A DNA stretch of 32,000 bases from Halomicrobium mukohataei DSM 12286 (GTDB taxonomy: Archaea > Halobacteriota > Halobacteria > Halobacteriales > Haloarculaceae). The notes under the pieces are model-generated. The model was not told the origin of the DNA and made no database searches. It worked only from the letters and a program-made list of their open reading frames with translations. Each line of letters starts with the position of its first letter. Within the stretch, counting starts at the first letter, position 1. Position numbers and translations under genes: made by a program. Positions 1-7,273 of this stretch are shown here, piece after piece. The DNA lies in NCBI RefSeq assembly GCF_000023965.1, contig NC_013202.1, positions 540,001 to 572,000 of the forward strand. Reading direction: 5' to 3'.

Positions 1-445
1 TTGCGTACCTCGCGGGATCGAAGATCCCGCTCAGTATCGCTACACGATTCTCGAACCAATCGAGGATTCGCTGGAAGCGAGTTTCCGCGATGTGTGCGAC
101 GAGTACGGTTACGAGATACTATCGCTACATATTTCGCCCGATCACGTACACTTGTTCCTATCAGCTCACCCGAAGTACGGGCCGAGCGAGATTGTACGGA
201 CAATCAAGAGCATCACGGCACGGGAGATGTGGGAACAGCACGAACCGTTCTTGGAGGAGTACCTGTGGGGCGGTGGATTTTGGGAGGAATCGTACTACGT
301 GGGGACGGCAGGCGATGTTTCGACCGACACGATTGAGCAGTATATCGAGCGAACGGAACACGTTTAGCGGAGTGTACGGCCTTCACCCTCGGGGTCAAGC
401 CCCGAGGCACTCGGCCTGCTCCGCCTGTAGACTGCCGGTGTAATC
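1..445 (+). mobile_element. Right-hand part of an IS200/IS605-type element: tnpA plus a subterminal hairpin. The left part lies outside the window.
   Basis: The tnpA ORF is open to nt 2. A hairpin follows the stop codon: cctcgggg (387-394), loop tcaag, ccccgagg (400-407). It is nested inside gagtg (371-375) / cactc (409-413). Confidence 0.5.
2..367 (+). CDS. tnpA: IS200/IS605-family Y1 (HUH) transposase TnpA, 5' end cut by the window edge
   Basis: Frame 2 is open from nt 2. The translation ...YEILSLHISPDHVHLFLSAHPKYGPSEIVRTIKSITAREMW...LWGGGFWEESYYVGTAGDVSTDTIEQYIE has the HVH (HUH) motif and the C-terminal Tyr region typical of IS200 TnpA. Stop TAG at 365-367. Confidence 0.85.
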   Translation, partial: CVPRGIEDPAQYRYTILEPIEDSLEASFRDVCDEYGYEILSLHISPDHVHLFLSAHPKYGPSEIVRTIKSITAREMWEQHEPFLEEYLWGGGFWEESYYVGTAGDVSTDTIEQYIERTEHV

Positions 446-453
446 GAGACGCT

Positions 454-699
454 ATGTCAGTCCTATCGACAGCAGACGAGGGGAAGTTCCTGATGGACAA
501 CGAAGCCGAACAGATCGGCGTCGTCACCGAAGTCGATCCCGACGAGCAGGTGGCCTACGTCGAACCGGAGCCCGGCATCGCCGAGAGCGTGATACAGGGC
601 TTTGGCTTCGGGAGCGCCGACGAAGACGACATCGAGGTACCAGCCGACTCCGTCGAGACGGTCACCGACACGGAGCTTCGGGTCGCGACCGATCTGTGA
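454..699 (+). CDS. Small acidic hypothetical protein (81 aa)
   Basis: ATG-started ORF with haloarchaeal acidic composition (MSVLSTADEGKFLMDNEAEQIGVVTEVDPDEQVAYVEP...). I recognise no family with certainty. Confidence 0.5.
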   Translation: MSVLSTADEGKFLMDNEAEQIGVVTEVDPDEQVAYVEPEPGIAESVIQGFGFGSADEDDIEVPADSVETVTDTELRVATDL

Positions 700-753
700 G
701 GCCATCGAACCCTACAACCGTCCGTATGAGGGGTGCGGCGTTCGAGGTGGAGG

Positions 754-1002
754 CTACTGTGTCCACCTGATTTCGTACTCGAGTTCGTACCGCTGCTCGC
801 CGCTGTCCGAGTCCGTGAGTCGTTCGAGTTCGACCTCGAACCGGGGCTGCTCTGGAACAGTGACGCGCTGTTCCGCCGTGTCGCTCGCTAACGTGACGTG
901 CCCCGAGTCGATCTGATCGGCCGCGTCCCGCAACGCGCGAGCGATTTCGGCTCTCGGGCTCTGTTCCTCGGTTTTGAATAGTTGTTCTTCTGGCATCAGC
1001 AC
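754..1002 (-). CDS. Amphi-Trp domain-like small acidic protein (82 aa)
   Basis: The ORF ends ...RFEVELERLTDSDSGEQRYELEYEIRWTQ, which resembles the haloarchaeal amphi-Trp domain proteins I recall. Needs an HMM check. Confidence 0.55.
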   Translation of the reverse strand: MLMPEEQLFKTEEQSPRAEIARALRDAADQIDSGHVTLASDTAEQRVTVPEQPRFEVELERLTDSDSGEQRYELEYEIRWTQ

Positions 1003-1109
1003 ACACTACGTCCCCGACCGGCATATAGATGTTCTTAGGTTGATGATTTGTCGGTGGATTTGCGGTCCCGATACCGGCCGCTGTTGACGCCGGAGACAGA
1101 GAGCCCGTA

Positions 1110-1191
1110 TCATACGGACCGTTGTAGCGATGTACTGGTCGTCTATCCCGTGGCGACGATCGCCGGTACGCGACGACAACGTTCCGTATCA
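1110..1191. repeat. Long-hairpin palindromic element, L-type copy A
   Basis: Left arm 1112-1143 atacggaccgttgtagcgatgtactggtcgtc. Loop 1144-1154 tatcccgtggc. Right arm 1155-1189 gacgatcgccggtacgcgacgacaacgttccgtat. Terminal 8-mers are tcatacgg and ccgtatca. Homologous to the copies at 7189-7273 and 30544-30628. Confidence 0.8.
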
Positions 1192-1398
1192 GCCGTCAGT
1201 TTCGACGCGCTCCTCGCCGTCGAAGTGCGCGGAGTTGTCCCGGGGTTCGTAGCCGAGCGCCTCTTTGGCCCGCTCCAGGGAGTAGTACTTGCGATCGTTG
1301 TCGGAGACACCGACAGGCTCGCTACGCTCGCCTGTCGAGCCCTCGCTCGCTTCGCTCGCGAGGATGCCGTAGACGATATCGGTACCGGCTGGGATCAC
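1189..1398 (-). pseudogene. Detached 3' fragment of an NAD-dependent epimerase gene (copy 3, the most diverged)
   Basis: Translation ..IPAGTDIVYGILASEASEGSTGERSEPVGVSDNDRKYYSLERAKEALGYEPRDNSAHFDGEERVETDG parallels the C-terminus of the intact gene. It has no N-terminal Rossmann part. Confidence 0.7.
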
Positions 1399-1604
1399 GT
1401 CGGGTCGGCGACGCGCTCCTCGCCGTCGAAGTGCGCCGAGTTGTCCTGGGGATCGTAGCCCAGAACCTCCTTCGCGCGCTCGATGGAGTAGTACTTGCGA
1501 TCGTTGTCGGAGACACCGACAGGCTCGCTACGCTCGCCTGTCGAGCCCTCGCTCGCTTCGCTCGCGAGGATGCCGTAGACGATATCGGTACCGGCTGGGA
1601 TCAC
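1395..1604 (-). pseudogene. Detached 3' fragment of an NAD-dependent epimerase gene (copy 2)
   Basis: Translation ..IPAGTDIVYGILASEASEGSTGERSEPVGVSDNDRKYYSIERAKEVLGYDPQDNSAHFDGEERVADPT. It is nearly identical to the C-terminus of the intact gene except for the 19-aa insert. Confidence 0.7.
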
Positions 1605-2368
1605 GTCGGGTCGGCGACGCGCTCCTCGCCGTCGAAGTGCGCCGAGTTGTCCTGGGGTTCGTAGCCCAGAACCTCCTTCGCGCGCTCGATGGAGTAGTAC
1701 TTGCGATCGTTGTCGGAGATGCCGTAGACGATCTCGAAGTCGTAGTCGGCGAGGAGGGCTCGCTCGTGGATATGAGCGCAGTCGCGGTAGGAGAGCCACA
1801 TCGCCTGGCCGCGCTCGTAGTCGATCGGCGGATGGCCCTTCGTGAGGTTGCCGATGCGGACGTTGCACACGTCGATCCCGTACTCGTCGTGGTAGTACCG
1901 GCCGATGATCTCTCCGGTGGCCTTCGAGACGCCGTAGAGGTTCCCCGGGCGGGGGAACTCGGAGCCGTCGAGTCGGAAGTCGTCGTGGGTGCGGTACAGG
2001 TCGGGCTTGCGCTCGTCCTCGTAGGCACCGACGGCGTGGTTCGAGGAGGCGTAGACGAACCGCTCGACCCCCTCGTCGACGGCCGCCTCGTACATCTTCT
2101 GAGTGCCGTCGATGTTGTTCGCCAGCACGGAGTTCCACGGCGCGTCGGGTCGCGGGTCCCCCGCGAGGTGGATGATCGCCCCGACGCCCTCGACGGCGGC
2201 CCGAACGTCCTCGTCGTCGGACACGTCGCCGACGACGTAGTCGTGGTCGGGCTCCTCGACCGGCGGACTGTGGAACATGAGCTTCCACTCGTAGTCGTCT
2301 TCGAGCCCACCGAGGATGGCCTCCCCAACCGCACCGCCAGCGCCCGTGAGCAGAACAGGCTCGTTCAT
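1601..2368 (-). CDS. NAD-dependent epimerase/dehydratase family protein (255 aa)
   Basis: N-terminal Rossmann motif VLLTGAGGAVGEAI, a YGVSK catalytic Tyr-x3-Lys motif, and typical SDR-extended length. Confidence 0.85.
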   Translation of the reverse strand: MNEPVLLTGAGGAVGEAILGGLEDDYEWKLMFHSPPVEEPDHDYVVGDVSDDEDVRAAVEGVGAIIHLAGDPRPDAPWNSVLANNIDGTQKMYEAAVDEGVERFVYASSNHAVGAYEDERKPDLYRTHDDFRLDGSEFPRPGNLYGVSKATGEIIGRYYHDEYGIDVCNVRIGNLTKGHPPIDYERGQAMWLSYRDCAHIHERALLADYDFEIVYGISDNDRKYYSIERAKEVLGYEPQDNSAHFDGEERVADPT

Positions 2369-2458
2369 TCAAGTAGATGCTACGGCGGGGGCGATACGTA
2401 CCTTGCGGTTTCGGCGCTCTCTCGACAGTCTTTCGTCAGGTCGCCCCCACCGACGGGT

Positions 2459-2812
2459 ATGGACCCGACAGATCCACAGGTCGCGTGCTTCGAGGCGGGC
2501 GTGAAGTTCGGCTCGCTGTACCACCAGTTCGCGGGGACGCCGATCAGTCCCGACAGCGCAGACTCGCTGGCGGCGGCGATGGCCGAAGCCATCGAGAACC
2601 AGCCCCACTGCGAGGACGTGACCGTCGAGATCCGCGAGGACGCGCTGCGCGCCGAAATCGAGGACCAGTCCGCCGACTACACCGAGTTCACCGGTCGCTT
2701 CGCCGAGGTCGAGATGACGGTCGACTACGAGGGCGTCGCCGTCGAGACGAGCATGCGGATGGACGGCGACTATCCGCTGATGGCGGTCGACGACGTGGAC
2801 GCCCCCGAGTAG
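2459..2812 (+). CDS. Archaeal dihydroneopterin aldolase family protein (MptD-like, 117 aa)
   Basis: ATG at 2459. FEAGVKFGSLYHQFAGTPISP...ENQPHCEDVTVEI...VEMTVDYEGV matches the haloarchaeal MptD-type family as I recall it. The upstream part of the 391-aa ORF is antisense to the epimerase gene and was discarded. Confidence 0.65.
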   Translation: MDPTDPQVACFEAGVKFGSLYHQFAGTPISPDSADSLAAAMAEAIENQPHCEDVTVEIREDALRAEIEDQSADYTEFTGRFAEVEMTVDYEGVAVETSMRMDGDYPLMAVDDVDAPE

Positions 2813-2838
2813 CGTCCGGGAGGTGTGTTCGGAAAGCG

Positions 2839-2847
2839 ATAATTTTA
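2839..2847 (+). promoter_or_regulatory. TATA-like box upstream of the 2874 ATG
   Basis: ataatttta in otherwise GC-rich DNA, about 27-35 nt upstream of the ATG. This fits the leaderless transcripts common in haloarchaea. Confidence 0.4.
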
Positions 2848-2873
2848 GTGCAGTCGTCGCTGTAGCGCAGTAC

Positions 2874-3884
2874 ATGGGATACGCTGCCCTGGATGCTATC
2901 GACGACGCAATCGACGCCACGAAGGGATTCCTCCTCCCCTTCGACCGCGGAACGTGGCTTCGTCTCGCAGTGATCATGTTTTTCGTCACCGGCGGCGGTG
3001 GCGTCCTGAACAACGCTGGCAACGCAGGACAGTTCGCGGGCAACGGTGACCCCGGTACCGCGCCGGGTGCCGGAGCCGGGACCGTGATGCCCGACATCGC
3101 GTTCGGTGCAGTCGCGATCGCCGTCGCCGGGTTTGCCGTCCTGTTTGTCTTCCTGATGCTGCTTGCCTCGCCGATCATGGAGTTCGTCTTCGTCGAGTCG
3201 CTGTTCGAGCGCGAGGTCCACGTCCGACGGTACTTCTCGCGCAACGTCGGCAACGGCCTCAGACTGCTGGGCTTTCAGATCGCGGTCGTCCTCGCCGCGG
3301 GGGTGTTCGTGGTCGGACTGTTCCTGGTTGGACTGCTGGTCGCCGGCGGCCTCGACAGCATCGCGGCGTCGCTGGGCCTGCTCGTGCTGGCGTTCCCGTT
3401 GACCGTGCTCCTGGTGATCGCCATCGGGATCGTCAACGGGTTCACGACCGTGTTCGTCGTCCCGATCATGCTGGCAGAGGACCGCGGCCTGCTCTCTGCG
3501 TGGAGTCGTCTGTGGTCGTCGATCACCAGTCACCTCGCGGAGTACCTCGTCTACCTCGTCGTCAGCGTGTTGCTGGGGATCGGCGTCGGGATCGTCGGCA
3601 GCATCGTCATGCTGTTCGCGCTCGCGCTCGCGGCGATTCCGTTCGGTCTCGTCGCCTTCGGCGTCTACACGTTCGCCGCGTTCAGTACGGCCGGGATCGC
3701 GGTCTACGCCGTGCTCGGACTGGGCTTCCTCGTAGTGGCCCTGCTCGTGGGCGGACTCGTACAGGCACCCCTCCAGTCGTTCCTGCGCTACTACGCGATG
3801 CTGGTGCTGGGCGGGATCGACGCCGACCTCGACCCGATCCCCGAGATTCGCGAGGGTCTGCGAGACGACGACGCGATGCAATAG
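2874..3884 (+). CDS. Multi-pass membrane protein (336 aa)
   Basis: Start chosen at MGYAALDAIDDAIDATKGFLLPFDRGTWLRLAVIMFF. Several long hydrophobic segments. It resembles a haloarchaeal DUF-type membrane family. Confidence 0.7.
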   Translation: MGYAALDAIDDAIDATKGFLLPFDRGTWLRLAVIMFFVTGGGGVLNNAGNAGQFAGNGDPGTAPGAGAGTVMPDIAFGAVAIAVAGFAVLFVFLMLLASPIMEFVFVESLFEREVHVRRYFSRNVGNGLRLLGFQIAVVLAAGVFVVGLFLVGLLVAGGLDSIAASLGLLVLAFPLTVLLVIAIGIVNGFTTVFVVPIMLAEDRGLLSAWSRLWSSITSHLAEYLVYLVVSVLLGIGVGIVGSIVMLFALALAAIPFGLVAFGVYTFAAFSTAGIAVYAVLGLGFLVVALLVGGLVQAPLQSFLRYYAMLVLGGIDADLDPIPEIREGLRDDDAMQ

Positions 3885-3951
3885 CGCCTTTCGGTTTCGC
3901 CGGTCACGGTCGGCCGCACGCTTGCGGTTACACTTTCACTTTCAGGCGGGC

Positions 3952-3959
3952 TTTTAATT
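3952..3959 (+). promoter_or_regulatory. TATA-like box upstream of the 3983 ATG
   Basis: ttttaatt lies 24-31 nt upstream of the ATG. Confidence 0.4.
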
Positions 3960-3982
3960 CCCCGCCGTGTGAACGTGTGGCT

Positions 3983-4441
3983 ATGAGCCAATCGACGCTC
4001 GACGACGACGAACTGTTCGGCGAGGCCGCCTCCGAGATGCGCGAAGACGTCGAGGCCTCGCTCGACGAAGCGCGCGCTGTCCTCCCGGTGGCCGACGACA
4101 TCTGGAACGTCGAGGCCGACAACACGCTGGGCGTGCTCAACGCGCTGAAGGGCGCGCTCGACGTGGACGACGCCGAGGAACACCTCCGGGACGCCAAGAA
4201 GTGGTACACGATGGGCGAGCGCGCCGACGCCTTCGAGGACGCCGATGACCTCGAAGCGGACATCGCCGCGCTCGAAACGCTGCTCGAAGACGTGGAGACG
4301 GCCCGCGAGCAGGTGGGCGAGCTGACCAGTACCGTCCCACAGCTCCGGGGCACCCTCGAAGAGTTCGCCGCCGAAGACGCAGACGAGGAGACCGACGACG
4401 CGGAGGCCGACGACGACGCGGAGGCCGAGGCGGAAGCCTAG
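3983..4441 (+). CDS. Highly acidic hypothetical protein (152 aa, DUF5790-like)
   Basis: MSQSTLDDDELFGEAASEMREDVEASLDEARAVLP...WYTMGERADAFEDADDLEADIAALE, with an acidic Asp/Glu/Ala tail. Confidence 0.65.
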   Translation: MSQSTLDDDELFGEAASEMREDVEASLDEARAVLPVADDIWNVEADNTLGVLNALKGALDVDDAEEHLRDAKKWYTMGERADAFEDADDLEADIAALETLLEDVETAREQVGELTSTVPQLRGTLEEFAAEDADEETDDAEADDDAEAEAEA

Positions 4442-5151
4442 CGGTCCCGCTCTCGAACGCTCGCCAGCACGTCCGCCAGCGCGTCGCTCGCCGCGTCGAG
4501 CAGTGCGTCGCCCCGTTCTCGGTTCGCGTCTCTCGGATCGCCGACCGTTCCGTTCTCGCTGAACTCCTCGGTGTCGTAGGCCAGATTCACTCCGTGTTCG
4601 AACGCGCCCCACGAGTCGGCCCCATTCGCGGCGCTCGCTTCGAGCCGATCGGTGCGCACGAGCTCCGGAGCCGTCGACAGGAGGAGGCTCGTCTCGACCG
4701 GACCGCCGTGGCCCATGTCGGGGGCGTCGACGGCGTCGAACCAGGTCAGCGGGACCGCGTAGGCCGTCCCGTCGCGGGTAACGCGACCGCAGACTTCTCG
4801 GAGCGCGTCGACGTTGCCGCCGTGGCCGTTGACGACGACGACCCGATCCCAGCCGTGGCTGGCGAGGCTCGCGACGGTCTCGCGAACGTAGTCCCGGAAA
4901 GTGTCCTCGCCGACCCACAGCGTCCCCGCGAAGTGACGGTGCTCCTCGGCGACGCCGACCGGAATCGCGGGCGCGACGACGACCTCGCCGTCGTAGGCCT
5001 CGGCCCCGGCTTCGGCGACGGCCTCGGCCGTGAGAACGTCGGTTCCGAGCGGGCCGTGGGGGCCGTGCTGTTCGGTGCTGCCGACCGGCAGGATCGCCAG
5101 GTCCGTGTCGAGATCCGCGGCGTCGGTCCAGGTGGCCTCGGAGAGGTGCAT
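4438..5151 (-). CDS. Creatininase-family amidohydrolase (237 aa). The archaeal ArfB-type deformylase belongs to this family.
   Basis: LAILPVGSTEQHGPHGPLGTDV and VVVVNGHGGN motifs typical of the creatininase fold. Confidence 0.8.
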   Translation of the reverse strand: MHLSEATWTDAADLDTDLAILPVGSTEQHGPHGPLGTDVLTAEAVAEAGAEAYDGEVVVAPAIPVGVAEEHRHFAGTLWVGEDTFRDYVRETVASLASHGWDRVVVVNGHGGNVDALREVCGRVTRDGTAYAVPLTWFDAVDAPDMGHGGPVETSLLLSTAPELVRTDRLEASAANGADSWGAFEHGVNLAYDTEEFSENGTVGDPRDANRERGDALLDAASDALADVLASVRERDR

Positions 5152-5206
5152 ACGCGTCCCGTGGCCGGCGAGGGAGACAAGCGTACCGCTCTCGGCCGTC
5201 GGGAGG

Positions 5207-5734
5207 TCAGACGATCGAGCTGGGCCGGCTCTGGAAGTACTCGAAGACGAGTCCGAGGCCGACGCCGTAGACGACGTGTGCCAGCAGCGTCAGGACGGCG
5301 TAGCCGACGAGCGCGAGGCCGGACTGGCCGGTGTAAAAGCCCAGCGCGAAGCCGGTCCAGATCGCGAACCCGAAGAACGCGCCGCTGACGGGGTCCCGGC
5401 GGCCGGGCAGGTACTCCTTGAGCGAGACGTACAGCAGCGGCCAGGGAACCATCCCACCGGCGAGGAAGATGAGATAGCCCGCGAGGATCGGCGGGACCAG
5501 TTCCTCGATGCCGACGAGTTCGGTCAGCAGCGCGAACGCCGACCGTTCGAAGACGCCGAGACTCTCCGCGATGAGGAGGACGACCGTCGACAGCGCCGTC
5601 CCGACGAGCCCCCCCGCCGCGCCGACGACGCCGTCGCCGACGATGCCGATCAGGCTGTCGAACTCCTCGGTTTCGCTCAGTTCGTCGACCGGATCGTCGA
5701 CCGGATCGTCGACGCCGTGCGGTGCGTCAGCCAT
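5207..5734 (-). CDS. Membrane protein (175 aa)
   Basis: Acidic N-terminus with a DDPVDDPVDE duplication, followed by four hydrophobic segments. Confidence 0.7.
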   Translation of the reverse strand: MADAPHGVDDPVDDPVDELSETEEFDSLIGIVGDGVVGAAGGLVGTALSTVVLLIAESLGVFERSAFALLTELVGIEELVPPILAGYLIFLAGGMVPWPLLYVSLKEYLPGRRDPVSGAFFGFAIWTGFALGFYTGQSGLALVGYAVLTLLAHVVYGVGLGLVFEYFQSRPSSIV

Positions 5735-5884
5735 GTCCCGTTATAGCATACCAAGAGTCAAAAACCTCCCGAAGGTGTTCGGCAAGCAACTGGTTCGAAT
5801 GCTGGGACCGGCCGTGCGGGCGGCGAGGCGGTCGTTGGGGCGCTCTCGCCCCGGTTGTGGAGTGTTCCCGGCGGCGACGCGTTC

Positions 5885-7087
5885 CTACTCCGGAACGTCC
5901 CCGATGGCGACGAGGCCGTCGCTGCTGCTGGTCGCGAAGAACACGGCCCCGTCGGCGAGGATCGGCGGGATCGAGGGCGTGTGGAAGTCGTCCATCACGT
6001 AGTCCCAGCGCGCCTCGCCCGTCTCGCGGTCGAACGCGGTGATCGTCCGGTCGGTGTACTCGCCGCGGTCGGCCATCGCGACCACGGTCTCGGTCCCGAC
6101 CGAGCAGCCGGCGGTGTACACCCACTCGTCGTACTCCCACCGCGTCGTTCCGTCGGCGATGTCGACGGCGGTGAGTCCGTCGTCGCTGGTCACGAACGCC
6201 GTAGTGCCGTCGGTAGCGACCGTCGCGTCGAAGGTCGTCCCGTCGTAGTCGAACGAGTGGCGTTCGCCGCGGCGGTCGCCCGTCTCCCGGTCGTGGACGA
6301 CGAGCGTTCGGTCGTCGACGACGAGGACGCCGCGGTCGGTCACGACCGGCGCGCTCGGGGACCGACCGTCGAGCGAGCGCGTCCAGCGGACCGATCCGTC
6401 GGCGAGCGCGAGCGCGGCGAGAGTGGCCGCCCCGTCGACGCTGCCGACGGCGTAGACCGTCCCGTCGGCGATGGCGGGTGTGACCCGCTGGCCCGGCAGT
6501 TCGGGCGCTTTCCAGCGCCGTTGGCCGTCTGTCGCTCCGAATGCCTTGAGGCCGTCGGCGTACGGGACGACGATCGTCCCCGTCGAGCGGTCGACGGCGA
6601 GCAGTTCCGCGAACGACGTTTCGAGCCCCTCGACGGAGCGCTCCCAGTCGACGCCTCCCCCCTGTCGGTCGAGGGCGACGAGTCCCGAGTCGTGTGCCAC
6701 GACGAACCGGCCGTCGACGAGGGCGCGCCCGTGACGACCCTCCCTGTCGAGCGTCGTGCGCCACCGTTCGGTGCCGTCCTGTGCGTCGAGCGCGATGGCG
6801 CTGCCGTCGTGGCTGGGGTCGAAGTTCGTGGTGTAGATCGTCCCGTCGGCGATAACTGGGTCCCAGCGCGTGAACGCCGCCGATGTCCAGGCGTGGCTCG
6901 CCCGCGAGGGCGCGGCAACGTCCGGGGCGAACGTGTTGGCGGCGTCGGCTCCGTGCTGTGTCCAGGAGCCGCCGGGGACCTCTGGCAGTGGCGTGTTCCC
7001 CCCGCTCGTCCACGGAAGCGAGGACAGACACCCAGAGAGGGCCGCCGTTCCGGCACAGGTCGTCGTCAGGAACGTCCGTCGATCCAT
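5885..7087 (-). CDS. PQQ-like beta-propeller repeat protein, secreted or lipid-anchored (400 aa)
   Basis: Start chosen at MDRRTFLTTTCAGTAALSGCLS, a twin-arginine signal plus a lipobox-like Cys. Repeated ..DG.VY....DG.L.A.D..TG...W motifs. Confidence 0.8.
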   Translation of the reverse strand: MDRRTFLTTTCAGTAALSGCLSSLPWTSGGNTPLPEVPGGSWTQHGADAANTFAPDVAAPSRASHAWTSAAFTRWDPVIADGTIYTTNFDPSHDGSAIALDAQDGTERWRTTLDREGRHGRALVDGRFVVAHDSGLVALDRQGGGVDWERSVEGLETSFAELLAVDRSTGTIVVPYADGLKAFGATDGQRRWKAPELPGQRVTPAIADGTVYAVGSVDGAATLAALALADGSVRWTRSLDGRSPSAPVVTDRGVLVVDDRTLVVHDRETGDRRGERHSFDYDGTTFDATVATDGTTAFVTSDDGLTAVDIADGTTRWEYDEWVYTAGCSVGTETVVAMADRGEYTDRTITAFDRETGEARWDYVMDDFHTPSIPPILADGAVFFATSSSDGLVAIGDVPE

Positions 7088-7110
7088 ACTAGCGCTTGAG
7101 ATAATATTTT

Positions 7111-7116
7111 GATAAA
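7111..7116 (-). promoter_or_regulatory. TATA-like box for the beta-propeller gene
   Basis: The minus strand reads tttatc inside the AT-rich block 7100-7118, 24-29 nt upstream of the start at 7087. Confidence 0.4.
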
Positions 7117-7188
7117 TCCAGCGGAATCGAGCGACCGAGCCGCGACGGCGGGCTGGGCGAGATCGCCGGGAACTGACTGCCTGCGGTG

Positions 7189-7273
7189 TCGTACGGACGG
7201 TCGTCGGAACGTTCCGGTGAGCGTCGCCACGGGGGAGACGCTTACCGATAGGCGGCGACAACTGTCCGTCTCA
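7189..7273. repeat. Long-hairpin palindromic element, L-type copy C
   Basis: Left arm 7191-7225 gtacggacggtcgtcggaacgttccggtgagcgtc. Loop 7226-7236 gccacggggga. Right arm 7237-7271 gacgcttaccgataggcggcgacaactgtccgtct. The arms are complementary at 24 of 35 positions. The terminal tca at 7271-7273 is the trpB stop codon. Confidence 0.75.

Larger units (their letters stand above)
1189..1729. repeat. Tandem repeat with a 206-nt period: two full units plus a 129-nt partial unit that is the native 3' end of the epimerase gene
   Basis: The stop triplet tca recurs at 1189, 1395 and 1601. Segment 1306-1394 is identical by eye to 1512-1600. Segments 1395-1523 and 1601-1729 differ at one base (1452 a versus 1658 t). 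Confidence 0.9.

Noticed and set aside
700-729. Possible solo fragments of the hairpin family: ctacaaccgtccgtatga at 712-729, gacgccgg...ccgtatca at 1086-1112, and tcatacgg at 10504-10511
   Set aside because: Each matches only one terminus or a partial arm and is too short to call without a genome-wide profile. They are mentioned only as context for the family.
1189-1729. Possible CRISPR array (regular repeats)
   Set aside because: The units are 206 nt, contiguous, and homologous to coding sequence. There are no short repeats alternating with unique spacers.
5684-5713. 12-nt tandem duplication gtcgaccggatc x2 (plus a further partial unit)
   Set aside because: It lies in frame inside the membrane-protein gene (DDPVDDPVDE). 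It is an ordinary small coding-repeat slippage.
5792-5800. ggttcgaat T-loop-like motif (a possible tRNA); also ggattcgaacc at 23753-23763
   Set aside because: The flanking bases do not form a T-stem or acceptor stem. The second site lies inside the NUDIX coding sequence.
5727-7031. 434-aa Arg-rich ORF, and similar long alternative-frame ORFs (2688-3881, 3791-4918, 20394-21881, 24922-26250, 28924-29748, 31101-31994)
   Set aside because: Each overlaps, in another frame or on the other strand, a gene with recognisable motifs. Their compositions (poly-Arg/Pro/Gly) are typical high-GC artefacts.
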